This document shows positions 26,964 through 38,970 of a DNA stretch of 45,038 bases, one piece after another. Origin of the DNA: a virus (Duplodnaviria; Heunggongvirae; Uroviricota; Caudoviricetes); the IMG/VR virus record IMGVR_UViG_651053023_000003, positions 1-45,038 of that record. One strand, given 5' to 3'. How positions within the stretch are numbered: the first letter of the stretch is position 1; each line of letters opens with the position of its first letter. The notes beneath the pieces are model-generated. The model ran no database searches. It saw nothing but the letters and a program-made list of their open reading frames with translations, and was not told where the DNA came from. The translations under genes and the position numbers were made by a program.

Positions 26964-29164
26964 TGGCTGATGATAGAAAGATGACTGACTGGCATCGCAA
27001 GGTGCTGTGCAACTTTGATAATGCCTGGTCAGCAACGCAGGATATGCGTGAGCAGATTATTGAGGCTCAACGTTTCGTCCGGGTATCCGGCGCACAGTGG
27101 GAAGGCAGCACAAACGCTGGTTACTCATTTGATGAAGGCAGGTTTGAGCATTACCCGCGCTTTGAACTGAATAAGATTGCCCGTGAATGTGATCGCATCA
27201 TTGGCGAGTATCGACAGAATCGCATCAGCGTTAAATTCAGGCCGAAGGATGACAAGGCATCGGAAGCGTTAGCCGAAAAGATGAACGGCAAATTCCGCGC
27301 TGATTATCAGGAAACATCCGGTGGCGAAGCGTGTGATAACGCATTTGATGATGCTGTAACGGGCGGATTCGGTTGTTTCCGCATGTGTGCTGATTACGAA
27401 GATGAAATGGATCCGAGTAACGAGCAGCGACGCATCAGCCTTCTTCCTGTTTACGACCCGGCGACATGCGTCTTCTTCGATCAGGACAGCAAGCAATATG
27501 ACCGCTCTGATGCCATGTGGGCTATGGAAATGTTCTCCATGACGCCTAAAGCGTTCGAGGCTGAATACCCTGATTCCATCGCGGCAAGCCTTTCTCGTGA
27601 TGACACTGGTACTCAGTATGACTGGTCAACGCCTGATGCCATCTATGTTGGACGCTACTACGAAGTCCGCATAGAGAAGGTGAAGCTCACAGCATGGCGT
27701 AACCCTGTCAGCGGAGAAACGGCAATCTATGATGAAGAGCAAATCAAAGATATTGTCGACGAGCTGACCGATGGTGCATTCGAACTGATTGGCGAGCGAA
27801 CGGTGAAGAAACGCCGAGTTTATTGCGGTCTTCTGTCTGGCGCTGAATGGCTGGAAGAACCGAAGCGTATTCCGGGCGAACATATTCCTCTCATCCCGGT
27901 ATATGGGCGTCGTTCATTTGTTGATAATCAGGAGCGAATCGAAGGCCACGCAGCAAAAGCGATGGATGCACAGCGTCTTGAGAACCTGATGGTTTCCATG
28001 ATTGCAGATAACGCTACTCAGGCTGGCGGCGATGGCATTCCTGTAGTTGATGTTGACATGATTCCTGGTCATCTTGCCACTCATTGGGCGGAGCGCAACA
28101 AAAAGCGCCCGGCGTTCCTGCCGATGGTCAGTTTGAAAAACAAAAACGGAGATATTACTGCGCAGGCTCAGGTCAGCAGTTATACGCCTTCGACACAAAT
28201 GCCTCCAGCTCTTGCCGGGCTATTGCAGTACACCGGAACGGCTATTCAGCAAATTACAGGTGCGTCGCAGCTTGAGAACATGCCGAGCAACGTCGCCACC
28301 GATACCGTTGATAGCATCTTTAACCGGATGGACACGCAGTCCTATATCTACATGGACAACATGGCTAAATCCATGCGCCGTGCTGGCGTCGTGTGGCTTT
28401 CTATGGCTCGTGAAGTCTATGGCAGCGATACGCCAATGCGCATCGTTAATGAGGATGGCAGCGATGACGTGGCGCTGATGACTGGTGAAGTGGTTGACCG
28501 TCAGACAGGGAAGGTTATCGCGCTTAACGACCTTTCGCAGGGTAACTATGAAGTGACTGTCGATGTCGGTCAGTCGTTCGCTACTCGCCGTGATGCAACG
28601 GTTAAGTCGTTGCTTTCCATGCTGGCACTTATCCCGCCAGGAACGCCGAAGCATGACCTTGTATCGTCGATGATTCTCGACAATATGGACGGCGAAGGGA
28701 TGGACGACCTTAAAGAATACAACCGCAATCAGTTGCTTCTGTCTGGCGTTATTAAGCCGAGAACACCAGAAGAACAGCAAATGGTTGAGCAGGCGAAACA
28801 ACAACAGGCCAGTCAGCCAGATCCGGCTATGGTTGCTGCGCAAGGTCAGCTTCTTGCTGGTCAGGCTGAATTGCAGAAAGCGCAGAACGAACAGGCAGCC
28901 ATTCAGGTTAAAGCATTCCAGGCACAGACTGATGCTCAGGTTGCAGCGGCAAATGTTGTGAAAATCCTCGCATCTGCCGATAGCCAGCAGAAATCTGATA
29001 TCCGCGAGGCTCTGAAACTGCTCGGACAGTTCCAGCAACAGCAAGGAGACAATGCCCGTGCTGATGCAGAGCTTGTCCTGAAAAGTCAGGCACAGGGTCA
29101 TGCGCAGCGCATGGACATCAGCAGCATCCTGCAAAAATCAACTCAGCAACAACCACAGCAGTAA
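26948..29164 (+). CDS. Portal protein (P22 gp1-like)
   Basis: 738 aa; segments ...GEHIPLIPVYG..., ...PDPAMVAAQGQLLAGQAELQKAQNE..., ...AQRMDISSILQ... parallel P22 portal from memory; true start probably the ATG at 26963 (ATGA overlap). Confidence 0.85.
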   Translation: MRSWMMADDRKMTDWHRKVLCNFDNAWSATQDMREQIIEAQRFVRVSGAQWEGSTNAGYSFDEGRFEHYPRFELNKIARECDRIIGEYRQNRISVKFRPKDDKASEALAEKMNGKFRADYQETSGGEACDNAFDDAVTGGFGCFRMCADYEDEMDPSNEQRRISLLPVYDPATCVFFDQDSKQYDRSDAMWAMEMFSMTPKAFEAEYPDSIAASLSRDDTGTQYDWSTPDAIYVGRYYEVRIEKVKLTAWRNPVSGETAIYDEEQIKDIVDELTDGAFELIGERTVKKRRVYCGLLSGAEWLEEPKRIPGEHIPLIPVYGRRSFVDNQERIEGHAAKAMDAQRLENLMVSMIADNATQAGGDGIPVVDVDMIPGHLATHWAERNKKRPAFLPMVSLKNKNGDITAQAQVSSYTPSTQMPPALAGLLQYTGTAIQQITGASQLENMPSNVATDTVDSIFNRMDTQSYIYMDNMAKSMRRAGVVWLSMAREVYGSDTPMRIVNEDGSDDVALMTGEVVDRQTGKVIALNDLSQGNYEVTVDVGQSFATRRDATVKSLLSMLALIPPGTPKHDLVSSMILDNMDGEGMDDLKEYNRNQLLLSGVIKPRTPEEQQMVEQAKQQQASQPDPAMVAAQGQLLAGQAELQKAQNEQAAIQVKAFQAQTDAQVAAANVVKILASADSQQKSDIREALKLLGQFQQQQGDNARADAELVLKSQAQGHAQRMDISSILQKSTQQQPQQ

Positions 29165-29254
29165 TTAACCCATAACGTGCAATGGCTGTCTTTATGAGGC
29201 CTGGCACCCTATTGCCTTCCGATGGGCTGAACATCGAGTAAACAGGGGTAACAA

Positions 29255-30148
29255 ATGGACCAGATGGCAGAAAACACACCAGAAGTTGAAATCGAAACCG
29301 ACGCGTCAGAGCAGATTCCTGATGATGTCGAACTGGCTGAAGAAGTCGAAACAGAAGATGGCAGTGAGTCCTCCGGCAATGATGCAGAGGAAGCTACTGA
29401 AACTGATGACGACGAATCAGAACAGGAATTCTACTTTGGTGACGAAAAGCTGGATTCGCCAACCAGCGAAGATAGCGCAGAGCATGGACTGGTAAAACAC
29501 CTGCGCAAGACGATTAAAGAGAAAGACCGCGAGCTGAAAGAGCTGATGCGTCAGTCTCAGAAACCCGTCGAGCAGCAGCCGGTAATAACTCAACCACCGC
29601 GAATGCCAAAACTGGATGATGAGGACATCGGTTTCGATGAAGAAATCTACCAGCAACGCATGGCTAAGTGGGCAGAGGATAACGGCAAGTACCAGCAACA
29701 GGAGATGGCTCGCAAGCAGAAGGAGCAGGAGCTTCAGGCTGCCTATCAAGAGCGATTATCCAAATATCAGCAACGTGTTAAGGCTCTCAAAGTTCCTGGC
29801 TATCAGGAAGCAGAACAGGCCGTACTCGAGGAAATCCCCATCGAGACACAAAACGCGATCCTGTTTGAGTCAGAGAAGCCGGAAATCGTTGTTCTGGCGC
29901 TCGGTCGCAACGCTGAACTGCGCAAGCAACTGGCAGAAGCTACCAACCCCGTAGCAATTGGTCGTCTGCTGGAACGTATCGAATCGAAGGCTAGAGTCAT
30001 GCCAAAAGCAAAAACCACGGCAGCCACAACCCCGACAGTTAAGGGGAGCAACGGCGCAGTAATCAACAACCTCGGCAAATTGAAAGCCAAGGCGCTGGAA
30101 ACTGGTGACTGGACGCCGTATTTCGCCGCTAAAAAGGCAAAAAAATAA
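29255..30148 (+). CDS. Scaffolding protein (P22 gp8-like)
   Basis: 297 aa, highly acidic N-terminus, coiled-coil rich, between portal and coat genes. Confidence 0.75.
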   Translation: MDQMAENTPEVEIETDASEQIPDDVELAEEVETEDGSESSGNDAEEATETDDDESEQEFYFGDEKLDSPTSEDSAEHGLVKHLRKTIKEKDRELKELMRQSQKPVEQQPVITQPPRMPKLDDEDIGFDEEIYQQRMAKWAEDNGKYQQQEMARKQKEQELQAAYQERLSKYQQRVKALKVPGYQEAEQAVLEEIPIETQNAILFESEKPEIVVLALGRNAELRKQLAEATNPVAIGRLLERIESKARVMPKAKTTAATTPTVKGSNGAVINNLGKLKAKALETGDWTPYFAAKKAKK

Positions 30149-30166
30149 CCTATCGGAGCATTAAAC

Positions 30167-31420
30167 ATGGCTAACCAATTAGCAAAAGACCTTGAAATCA
30201 TGTTCGAAAACTACGTTGAAGGCTTTGAGGCCGCCTGCGTAGTTTCCCGTAACGCTAAAAAATTCCGTCCCGGTGATACAGCAATGCAGCGAGCAGGTGA
30301 TGTTCTGTATCGTCCGCAGCATTACCACATGAACATTGAGGAAGGCCTAGACCTCAGCGGCAAAACGCCAACAGCACTGGTTCAGCGCCTTGTTCCTTCT
30401 GTGTTCAAGGAGCCGAAAAACATTCTGTACACTCTGGATGCGCGTGAAATGCGTGACCCGGAACATAAAACTGAAGCTGGTCGCGCCGCAGGTATGCGCC
30501 TTGCTGCACAGATTGACTCTGACCTGATTTCCATGGTCACGCAGCGTGCTACTAACGTGATCACAATGGCTGACTCAACCACTGGTTCACAGGGCCGTGA
30601 TTTGTGGAACTGTGCGGCAGGTATTGATGCCACCATGACGGCGATTGGTGTACCACAGGGTATCAACCGCCGCTCTTTCTGGAACCCCTTCAACTACAAA
30701 GACCTTGCTGGCGAGCTTGGTCACCGTGCCTATGCTCAGGGCGCAACCCTGACAGCATACGAAAAAGCGCAGATCCCTCCGGTTGCGTCCTTCGATAGCT
30801 ACAAGACCGATATTTCTGGTCGTGTTCCGAAGGGTACAGCAACTTCCATTACGCTGGCAGCAGCACCTGCGCACAAGGTTGAAGCGAAAGATGCTAACGA
30901 AATGCCAGTGGATAACCGACAGGGGACCATTACGGTATCTGCTGAAGGTTTGCAGGTTGGCGATGCGTTTACCATCGCAGGGGTGAATTCCGTACACCAG
31001 ATCACCAAAGATACCACCGGGCAGCCGCAGGTATTCCGCGTTCTGGCAGTTAGCGGAACGACAGTAACTATCTCCCCGAAAATTCTGCCGCCTGACAACG
31101 CGGATGTCGCCAGCCGTCCATATGCAAACGTTGATGCTAATGCGGCAAGTAGCGCAGCAATCACCATTCTCAACAAAAATGCCGCACCGGCTAACCTGTT
31201 CTGGGCTGATGGTTCTGTTGAACTGATGTACGGCAAACTGGCGTTCCCGACTGGTCAGGGTCCACAGGTAATGACAGCAACCACCGAGCAGGGCGCTACG
31301 CTGATCATGTCTTACGCCTTCGACCACATCAAAGGCGTAACCACTGCGCGTTTCACCACTCTGTACGGTTGCTCTGTACTGGTTCCTGAATATACGGGCA
31401 TCGTTATTGCCGGGCAGTAA
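30167..31420 (+). CDS. Major capsid (coat) protein (P22 gp5-like)
   Basis: 417 aa, position after scaffold, followed by a strong terminator. Confidence 0.8.
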   Translation: MANQLAKDLEIMFENYVEGFEAACVVSRNAKKFRPGDTAMQRAGDVLYRPQHYHMNIEEGLDLSGKTPTALVQRLVPSVFKEPKNILYTLDAREMRDPEHKTEAGRAAGMRLAAQIDSDLISMVTQRATNVITMADSTTGSQGRDLWNCAAGIDATMTAIGVPQGINRRSFWNPFNYKDLAGELGHRAYAQGATLTAYEKAQIPPVASFDSYKTDISGRVPKGTATSITLAAAPAHKVEAKDANEMPVDNRQGTITVSAEGLQVGDAFTIAGVNSVHQITKDTTGQPQVFRVLAVSGTTVTISPKILPPDNADVASRPYANVDANAASSAAITILNKNAAPANLFWADGSVELMYGKLAFPTGQGPQVMTATTEQGATLIMSYAFDHIKGVTTARFTTLYGCSVLVPEYTGIVIAGQ

Positions 31421-31425
31421 TTTAG

Positions 31426-31450
31426 GTGGGGCTTCGGCCCCATTTTTATT
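31426..31450 (+). terminator. Rho-independent terminator after the coat gene
   Basis: GGGGC-TTCG-GCCCC stem-loop (UUCG tetraloop) followed by ATTTTTATT. Confidence 0.8.
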
Positions 31451-31461
31451 GGGAGAAGACA

Positions 31462-31650
31462 ATGGCACGAACAATGCTCTATAAGCCGGGCAACATGATC
31501 ACCTGTGGTCAGTTTGCTGTCGATTACATCATTGTTGATGACGAAGAAGTTAAATCTCACCTGAAAAAAGGCTGGGTAAAAACTCCTGAAGAAACCGCAA
31601 CGAAGCAAAAAGTGGCTAAGGCGGAAGAAGATGGCGAAAACGAAGGGTGA
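31462..31650 (+). CDS. Hypothetical small protein
   Basis: 62-aa ORF from the ATG at 31462 with GGGAGAAG Shine-Dalgarno, just after the coat terminator. Confidence 0.45.
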   Translation: MARTMLYKPGNMITCGQFAVDYIIVDDEEVKSHLKKGWVKTPEETATKQKVAKAEEDGENEG

Positions 31651-32092
31651 TCTCGTTCTTAAGGCTTTACGAAAAGCCGGGCTGTATTCCAATGCCACGT
31701 TGACAGATGCTGACCCTCAGGCAATTGAAGATGCCATTAATGACCTCGAAGACATGATGGCAGCATGGCAGGCAAAAGGTATCGAGCTTGGGTATCAGTT
31801 TGCTGATACAGAAAACGGCATCATGCCGTTACCTGACGATGATTCAGGTATCCCTGCATGGGCAAATGATGGCGTCGCTTTGAAACTCGCTGTGCAAGTG
31901 TGCATGGATAACGTCATTCAGCCGTCAGACGCTCTCCTTACCGCTGCTGACAGTGCATATCAGACAATCTGTATCGCTTTAACCAAAATACCACCACTTG
32001 AGCGGAGAAATGACATGCCTCGCGGTAGTGGTAACAAAAGCGCGTTTACGTGGAATCGGTTTTACATCGAGAAAGATGATCCGAGTACGTGA
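31631..32092 (+). CDS. Head completion / packaged-DNA stabilisation protein (P22 gp4-like)
   Basis: 153 aa; position and size in the P22-type gene order. Confidence 0.6.
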   Translation: MAKTKGDLVLKALRKAGLYSNATLTDADPQAIEDAINDLEDMMAAWQAKGIELGYQFADTENGIMPLPDDDSGIPAWANDGVALKLAVQVCMDNVIQPSDALLTAADSAYQTICIALTKIPPLERRNDMPRGSGNKSAFTWNRFYIEKDDPST

Positions 32093-32101
32093 GGTGAATA
32101 A

Positions 32102-33520
32102 ATGCCGATTCAGCAACTTCCGCTTATGAAAGGTGTCGGCAAAGACTTTAGAAACGCCGACTATATCGACTATCTGCCAGTGAATATGTTGGCTACACCC
32201 AAAGAAATCCTGAACAGCAGCGGATATCTTCGCTCATTCCCGGGCATTGCCAAACGTTCTGATGTGAACGGCGTATCGCGCGGAGTTGAGTACAACATGG
32301 CGCAGAGTGCTGTTTATCGCGTGTGTGGCGGCAAGCTGTACAAAGGAGAAAGTGAAGTCGGTGATGTTGCCGGAAGTGGTCGTGTATCAATGGCGCATGG
32401 TCGGACATCTCAGGCTGTAGGCGTTAATGGCCAACTGGTCGAGTATCGTTATGATGGCACGGTTAAAGCAGTCTCAAACTGGCCTACAGACAGCGGATTC
32501 ACGCAGTATGAGTTAGGTTCTGTTCGTGACATTACGCGCTTACGCGGGCGTTATGCGTGGTCAAAAGACGGCACTGATTCATGGTTTATCACTGACCTTG
32601 AAGACGAATCGCATCCTGACCGCTACAGCGCACAATATCGCGCAGAATCGCAGCCGGACGGTATCCTCGGCATCGGCACATGGCGAGACTTCATCGTCTG
32701 CTTTGGTTCATCGACGATTGAATATTTCTCCCTGACTGGTGCAACCACCGTTGGTGCAGCTTTGTATGTCGCACAGCCATCACTGATGGTGCAAAAAGGC
32801 ATCGCCGGGACTTACTGCAAAACGCCGTTTGCTGATTCCTATGCGTTTATCAGCAATCCGGCAACAGGTGCGCCGTCTGTGTATATCATCGGCTCCGGTC
32901 AGGTATCACCAATCGCCAGCGCGAGCATTGAGAAAATACTACGCTCCTACACTGCTGATGAACTGGCTGATGGCGTGATGGAGTCTCTGCGATTTGATGC
33001 GCATGAGCTGCTGATTATCCATCTTCCGCGCCATGTCCTCGTATACGACGCATCTTCAAGCGCCAATGGTCCGCAATGGTGTGTGCTGAAAACTGGCTTG
33101 TATGACGATGTGTACCGCGCTATCGACTTCATTTACGAAGGCAATCAGATAACGTGCGGAGATAAGCTGGAGTTCGTGACCGGGAAATTGCAGTTCGATA
33201 TCAGCAGCCAGTACGACAAGCAACAGGAACACCTGCTGTTTACTCCGTTGTTCAAAGCAGATAACGCCAGAGTTTTCGACCTTGAAGTTGAATCTTCAAC
33301 TGGCGTTGCGCAGTACGCTGACCGCCTGTTCCTATCGGCAACCACTGACGGCATCAATTACGGACGTGAGCAGATGATTGAGCAGAATGAACCGTTCGTT
33401 TACGACAAACGCGTTTTGTGGAAGCGAGTAGGGCGCATCAGGAAAAATGTTGGCTTCAAATTGCGCGTTATCACGAAGTCTCCTGTCACTCTGTCTGGCG
33501 CTCAGATAAGGATTGAGTAA
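32102..33520 (+). CDS. Packaged-DNA stabilisation protein (P22 gp10-like)
   Basis: 472 aa, same length as P22 gp10, in conserved order. Confidence 0.65.
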   Translation: MPIQQLPLMKGVGKDFRNADYIDYLPVNMLATPKEILNSSGYLRSFPGIAKRSDVNGVSRGVEYNMAQSAVYRVCGGKLYKGESEVGDVAGSGRVSMAHGRTSQAVGVNGQLVEYRYDGTVKAVSNWPTDSGFTQYELGSVRDITRLRGRYAWSKDGTDSWFITDLEDESHPDRYSAQYRAESQPDGILGIGTWRDFIVCFGSSTIEYFSLTGATTVGAALYVAQPSLMVQKGIAGTYCKTPFADSYAFISNPATGAPSVYIIGSGQVSPIASASIEKILRSYTADELADGVMESLRFDAHELLIIHLPRHVLVYDASSSANGPQWCVLKTGLYDDVYRAIDFIYEGNQITCGDKLEFVTGKLQFDISSQYDKQQEHLLFTPLFKADNARVFDLEVESSTGVAQYADRLFLSATTDGINYGREQMIEQNEPFVYDKRVLWKRVGRIRKNVGFKLRVITKSPVTLSGAQIRIE

Positions 33521-34221
33521 TGGCGGATTCGAATCTCAATGTGCCGGTAATCATCCAAGCTACGCGGCTCGATACATCAATCCTTCCACGCAATATATTC
33601 AGCCAGTCTTACCTGCTGTATGTCATAAATCAGGGTGCTGATGTTGGCGCAATTGCCGGGAAGGCAAATCAGGCTGGTCAGGGCGCTTACGATGCTCAGG
33701 TAAAAAACGATGAACAGGACGTCGAACTGGCAGATCACGACGCAAGAATCACCGCAAACACAAAAGCGATAAATCTCCTTGAGGTCAGGTTAACAACCGC
33801 CGAAGGGAAGATAGTCGTACTGCGTAGCGATGTTGATTACTTGCTGGATGAGGTTATCGATATTCAGGCGCATCTGGTCACTGTTGACCAAAGACTGGAT
33901 GGCGTAGAAAGCGATGTATCTGACATTAAGAGTGATTACGTATCGAAAACCGTAACCGAATCGCAGTCTCTTGCGTCACCGCTGGATGTAAAAACATCAT
34001 ATTCAGTTGATGGAATTCAGGTTGTTGGAGCAAGAAATACCGGATGGACTGCAGCCACAGGTACGCCACTTCTTGGCTCATTCAACGCTAACCAGTCATA
34101 CACTGTCGGCACTACGTACACGCAATCCGAAGTCGCAGCTCTCGCTACAGGTTTGCAGCAGGCGCGGCAGCGTATTCTGGCGCTTGAAACAGCACTTAGA
34201 TTACATGGGCTGATTGACTGA
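33520..34221 (+). CDS. Tail needle protein (P22 gp26-like)
   Basis: 233 aa; [73 protein letters not shown]... closely parallels P22 gp26 from memory. Confidence 0.85.
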   Translation: MADSNLNVPVIIQATRLDTSILPRNIFSQSYLLYVINQGADVGAIAGKANQAGQGAYDAQVKNDEQDVELADHDARITANTKAINLLEVRLTTAEGKIVVLRSDVDYLLDEVIDIQAHLVTVDQRLDGVESDVSDIKSDYVSKTVTESQSLASPLDVKTSYSVDGIQVVGARNTGWTAATGTPLLGSFNANQSYTVGTTYTQSEVAALATGLQQARQRILALETALRLHGLID

Positions 34222-34676
34222 TGATTACATTCAAACCAACGCGAAACATCGACCTGATCGAAGCAGTCGGAAATCACCCTGACATTATTGCCGGAAGCAA
34301 CAACGGTGATGGATACGACTACAAGCCTGAATGCCGTTACTTTGAGGTTAACGTGCACGGTCAGTTCGGCGGCATTGTTTACTATCAGGAGATTCAGCCG
34401 CTTACATTCGATTGCCACGCCATGTACCTGCCAGAGATTCGCGGCTTCAGCAAGGAAATCGGGATGGCGTTCTGGCGATACATTCTGACTAACACCACCG
34501 TTCAGTGCGTCACATCGTTCGCCGCACGCAAATTCCGCCACGGGCAGATTTACTGCGCAATGATTGGCCTTAAGCGTGTCGGAACCATCAAGAAATACTT
34601 TAAAGGCGTGGATGACGTGACTTTTTACAGCGCCACACGCGAAGAACTAATCGACTTCCTGAATCACGGGAGATAG
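34221..34676 (+). CDS. P22 gp14-like protein
   Basis: 151 aa; position between tail needle and ejection-protein genes. Confidence 0.5.
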   Translation: MITFKPTRNIDLIEAVGNHPDIIAGSNNGDGYDYKPECRYFEVNVHGQFGGIVYYQEIQPLTFDCHAMYLPEIRGFSKEIGMAFWRYILTNTTVQCVTSFAARKFRHGQIYCAMIGLKRVGTIKKYFKGVDDVTFYSATREELIDFLNHGR

Positions 34677-34678
34677 CC

Positions 34679-35371
34679 ATGTTATATGCATTTAAGCTGG
34701 GCAGAAAACTGCGCGGCGAGGAACCTTGGCGCCCTGAAAAAGGCGGGAAAGGTGGTAGCTCTGATAAAAGCGCAAAGTATGCAGCAGAAGCCCAGAAGTA
34801 TGCCGCAGACCTGCAAAATCAGCAGTGGCAGACGATCATGAAAAACCTTGCTCCGTTCACGCCTCTTGCGGAGCAGTATGTTAACCAGCTTCAGAACCTT
34901 TCCAGTTTAGAAGGTCAGGGGCAGGCACTTAATCAGTATCGCAACTCTCAGCAGTATAAAGACCTTGCAGGTCAGGCTCGTTACCAGAGTCTTGCTGCTG
35001 CGGAGGCGACGGGTGGACTTGGTTCGACAGCCACAAGCAATCAACTGGCTACGATCGCGCCGACACTCGGTCAGTCTTGGTTATCAAATCAGATGAGCAA
35101 TTACAACAATCTGGCAAACGTTGGGCTTGGTGCGCTGCAAGGTCAGGCAAACGCCGGGCAGACATACGCCAACAACATGAGCAGCATTGCACAGCAAAGC
35201 GCAGCTCTTGCCGCTGCTAATGCCAACAAACCATCAAGTCTTCAGACAGCAATTAGTGGCGGAACGTCTGGTGCGATTGCCGGTGCAGGTCTTGCCAGCC
35301 TTTTGGGAACATCAACACCTTGGGGCGCTGGCATTGGTGCTGGTATCGGATTGCTTGGCTCGTTGTTTTAA
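34679..35371 (+). CDS. Ejection protein (P22 gp7-like)
   Basis: 230 aa; Q/N/A-rich with glycine-rich hydrophobic C-terminus; size matches P22 gp7. Confidence 0.7.
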   Translation: MLYAFKLGRKLRGEEPWRPEKGGKGGSSDKSAKYAAEAQKYAADLQNQQWQTIMKNLAPFTPLAEQYVNQLQNLSSLEGQGQALNQYRNSQQYKDLAGQARYQSLAAAEATGGLGSTATSNQLATIAPTLGQSWLSNQMSNYNNLANVGLGALQGQANAGQTYANNMSSIAQQSAALAAANANKPSSLQTAISGGTSGAIAGAGLASLLGTSTPWGAGIGAGIGLLGSLF

Positions 35372-35380
35372 GGGGTAATC

Positions 35381-36847
35381 ATGGCTACTTGGCAAGGATC
35401 AAATGGCGGATTATTGGCTGGTATCGGCGGCGTCAACTCAAACGCTCCGAACGTAAATGACATCGGCAATACGCTTCAGTTTATCAGGCAGAACAATGAT
35501 ATTGAGCGTTCAGGCGCTAACAATGTTGGGCTGACTGCTTTGCAAGGCCTTTCAGGTATTGCGGGGGTGTTTCAGCAGGAAAAGCAGGCTCAGCGGCAGA
35601 AAGAATTTCAGCAGGCATACGCTAATGCTTATGCGTCTGGTGATCGCGGTGCTTTGCGTCAGTTGGCTACTCAATATCCAGACCAGATTGAATCCGTTCG
35701 TAAAGGCATGGGATTCATTGATGAAGACCAACGCAATTCTATCGGCACCTTAGCGGCTGGCGCACGCCTTGCGGCCTCGTCTCCAGAAGCAATGCAATCA
35801 TGGCTGCAAAACAACGCCAATGAGCTGGCGCGCGTCGGTGTTGACCCTAATAACGTTGCTCAGATGTATCAGCAGAATCCTTCAGGATTTGGTGAGTTTG
35901 TTGATCACCTTGGGATGGCTGCTCTCGGTCCGATTGACTACTTCAATGTTCAGGACAAGATGGCTGGTCGTGAGATTGACCGAGGCAGGCTGGCAGAGAC
36001 AATCCGCAGCAATCAGGCCGGAGAAGCACTTCAGGCGAGAGGGCAGGATATTAGCCGAGCAAATGCGTTAACGTCAGCATATGCACCAACAGCCGCAATG
36101 CAGAATTACAATCAGTACGCGCAAATGTTAAAGGCAGATCCAGATGGTGCAGCGGCATTTGCGGCAGCGGCGGGAATTAATCCCAATGCTAAGAAATTAC
36201 TTAAGGTTGAAACCAATCCTGATGGATCGGTAACTAAGTATTACACCGATGGCAGCGAGGAAGCCGGAAAACTAAACCAACCTATATCTGGTGATGGCAT
36301 TAAACCAATTAGCTTGCCACAAGCGCAAAGCATCATAGATAAGGCTAATGAGGGTTCCAAGAAGGCGGCAGGATTTGCTTTGCGATTAAAAGATTCAATG
36401 GACTCAATGAATCAGCTTAGTAAAAGCATTGACCCTAAGCGAGTTGCATTAATAAATCGCTCTCTTGGTGATGGGACTATTGCAAATTTAAGCCTATCAC
36501 CAGCGGAGCAGCAATATATGGTAAATGCGAGAGACGCCTTGTATGCAATTTTGCGCCCAGAAACAGGTGCAGCAATTACTCTGCCAGAGATGCAGGAGTA
36601 TTCCAAAATGTACCTGCCTCAGCCCGGTGATTCCAAGGCTGCTACTGAAACAAAAATGCGAAAAATGCAGGGCCAATATAACTCATTACGTGGTCAGTCT
36701 GGTCGCGTTTATGATGCTTTGGTGGTTTCAAGTGCTGCAAATAGTCAACAACAGAGCAATAGCCAACAACCGACAAATACCCAACAGCAGCAGAGTCAAT
36801 CCGGATCATATACCTCAAAATCAGGCATTCAATTTACGGTGGAATGA
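35381..36847 (+). CDS. Ejection protein (P22 gp20-like)
   Basis: 488 aa, conserved order. Confidence 0.65.
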   Translation: MATWQGSNGGLLAGIGGVNSNAPNVNDIGNTLQFIRQNNDIERSGANNVGLTALQGLSGIAGVFQQEKQAQRQKEFQQAYANAYASGDRGALRQLATQYPDQIESVRKGMGFIDEDQRNSIGTLAAGARLAASSPEAMQSWLQNNANELARVGVDPNNVAQMYQQNPSGFGEFVDHLGMAALGPIDYFNVQDKMAGREIDRGRLAETIRSNQAGEALQARGQDISRANALTSAYAPTAAMQNYNQYAQMLKADPDGAAAFAAAAGINPNAKKLLKVETNPDGSVTKYYTDGSEEAGKLNQPISGDGIKPISLPQAQSIIDKANEGSKKAAGFALRLKDSMDSMNQLSKSIDPKRVALINRSLGDGTIANLSLSPAEQQYMVNARDALYAILRPETGAAITLPEMQEYSKMYLPQPGDSKAATETKMRKMQGQYNSLRGQSGRVYDALVVSSAANSQQQSNSQQPTNTQQQQSQSGSYTSKSGIQFTVE

Positions 36848-38970
36848 TGAAAGTAACTGCAAACGGTAAGACATTTACCTTCCCTGATGGTACGAGCACG
36901 GAAGATATTGGCACCGCCATTGATGAGTATTTTGCTGGTCAGGCTGTTCAGCAACAAACAGTTAATCAGGCCAATAATGCACCAACACGGGAAGAACCAT
37001 CATTAATGCAACAAGCTGGCGATTGGCTCACTGGTGGTCAAAGTGCAGGGCAAATTGCAGAACAGGCTGGTCGTGGTCTGGTAAACATACCATTTGACGT
37101 ATTGCAGGGTGGCGCAAGTCTGATTAATGCAATCAGTCAGGGGCTTGGTGGGCCAAAAGTATTGGATGATGTCTATCGTCCAGTCGATCGACCGACAGAC
37201 CCTTATGCGCAAGCTGGAGAAACAATTGGCGGGTATCTCCTGCCAATTGGCACAGCGGCAAAAGTTGCTGGAGCGCCAGCAAAGCTCGCAGGAGACATCG
37301 GTTCCGCAGGAAACATGATTGCAGGTTCTCTTGCTGATGCTGCAAATCAGGAGGGTGATTTTGCACAAAATGCTGCCATTAACGGTGGTATCAATATTGG
37401 TGCTCAAGGCGTTCTTTCAGGTGTCGGGCGCGTTATTGCGCCAAGGGTTTCACAGGCTCTTGGTGGTGCAGCACTGAATTCTGCTAATGAAGTTTCTAGG
37501 ATGGCAAAGTCAGGTGCTGGGCGTCAGTCAATTGCCAGTCAGGCCGCTAATGTGTCCGAAGATGTAGCAAAAGCGGCTGAGTCTGCTGGAATTGATATAA
37601 ACGCATTAACACCAGGAATGCGATCTGGAAGTCGTGGAATTGCACAAGCCGAAGGCGCATTGGCATCAACACCTGGAATTGTTCAGGACGCCCATCAGGC
37701 AGCATTTAACGAAATATCATCAAAGTTAAGTCGAAACCTTGATGAATTTGGGGCCACATCTGGAACGGCATCAGAAAAAAGTGCGGCTATAAAACAAAGG
37801 ATTCTTCAAAATCTTGATCAGATGAAGGATGCCGAGCGCGCGGCATGGGATGACGTGCGGTCAACAATGCCAAATCAAAAAGCAAGAATGCTAAATGGTA
37901 ATGCCGTTATTCAGGCAGAGCGATCTGCTGGCATACCGCTTACTCCTGAAATGAAACAGTTTGTTCAGGCAAACAATCAAGGTGGAGTAACATTTGATGG
38001 CATGAAAGCATGGAGAGCGAAATTTGCTGATGCGGAGCAAAAATATAAGCGTAGCGGAGAGGCAAATGCGGCAAGGAGAGCAGGGGAAATACGCCGGGCA
38101 ATTACTGATGATATGCGCACAATGGCGGAAAACGGCGGATTTCTTGATGACTGGCAGAAAGCTAATGATCTGTCTAAAGCGAGGTTATCAGCACAAGAGA
38201 GTGCAGAGTCTGTTTTCGGGCGTGATTTGGCAACAGATGCACTGATTACGAATGGAGTAAAATCCCTTCAATCATCGTCAGCTAAAGGTCTTAATGGTCC
38301 TGCTGGATTCCATTCTATGATCCGCGCGCTGCCAGAATCAGAGCGTGTTCCTGCTATATCATCAATGTTGCAAGATGCTATCTCGCATGGTGTACGTGGT
38401 GGCAAAGCTGATGCAGCAGGAATTAACCATATCGCAGAGATACTGACTCCACAAAATGTAAAAGCCATTAGCCGATATTCCTCAGAGCTTGGAAGAATTG
38501 CTGATGCATATGGCACTCTTGCAAGAGCAGCAGTGAAACCTCAGCAGTATATTGAAAGAACAGGTAGAACTGCCAATGTACTACGCGATCTGGATGCTGG
38601 TTTATCCAACGTCACATCAACAGTGTTAAATGCAATTGCCAATTCAACATCAGGTGCCATTGTTGGTGGCGCTGGAGGAGGCATTGCAGGCGCTGCCGCA
38701 GGTGCTTTAGTTGGCGCTGGGTTAAAAGGCGCTGTATCTAAAATTGCCACCACACGTAGTGGTCGGTATGCGATAGAGAAAGCGGTTCAGGAAGCAACTA
38801 AAGCAGTAAGAGCAGGCGGAAGCAAAGAAGCATTAGCGGCGGCGGAACGCAGATTTATGGCAAATAAGGCCGCCGTAAAAGCAATACGCGAGGCACTAGG
38901 AAACGAAGAGTTCCAGCGTTTAGCAAGGGCTGGAATTGTGGCATCGCTAAGCGGAATGGCACAGGAGTAA
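36844..38970 (+). CDS. Ejection protein (P22 gp16-like)
   Basis: 708 aa, alanine/glycine-rich, conserved order. Confidence 0.65.
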   Translation: MMKVTANGKTFTFPDGTSTEDIGTAIDEYFAGQAVQQQTVNQANNAPTREEPSLMQQAGDWLTGGQSAGQIAEQAGRGLVNIPFDVLQGGASLINAISQGLGGPKVLDDVYRPVDRPTDPYAQAGETIGGYLLPIGTAAKVAGAPAKLAGDIGSAGNMIAGSLADAANQEGDFAQNAAINGGINIGAQGVLSGVGRVIAPRVSQALGGAALNSANEVSRMAKSGAGRQSIASQAANVSEDVAKAAESAGIDINALTPGMRSGSRGIAQAEGALASTPGIVQDAHQAAFNEISSKLSRNLDEFGATSGTASEKSAAIKQRILQNLDQMKDAERAAWDDVRSTMPNQKARMLNGNAVIQAERSAGIPLTPEMKQFVQANNQGGVTFDGMKAWRAKFADAEQKYKRSGEANAARRAGEIRRAITDDMRTMAENGGFLDDWQKANDLSKARLSAQESAESVFGRDLATDALITNGVKSLQSSSAKGLNGPAGFHSMIRALPESERVPAISSMLQDAISHGVRGGKADAAGINHIAEILTPQNVKAISRYSSELGRIADAYGTLARAAVKPQQYIERTGRTANVLRDLDAGLSNVTSTVLNAIANSTSGAIVGGAGGGIAGAAAGALVGAGLKGAVSKIATTRSGRYAIEKAVQEATKAVRAGGSKEALAAAERRFMANKAAVKAIREALGNEEFQRLARAGIVASLSGMAQE

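Noticed and set aside
28220-29134. 304-aa minus-strand ORF inside the portal gene, and similar long antisense ORFs at 26139-26804, 30587-31474, 34017-34541, 18048-18572 and 14400-14756
   Set aside because: They lie entirely antisense within well-supported genes, have no ribosome-binding sites and have low-complexity, Cys/Arg-rich translations typical of shadow ORFs.
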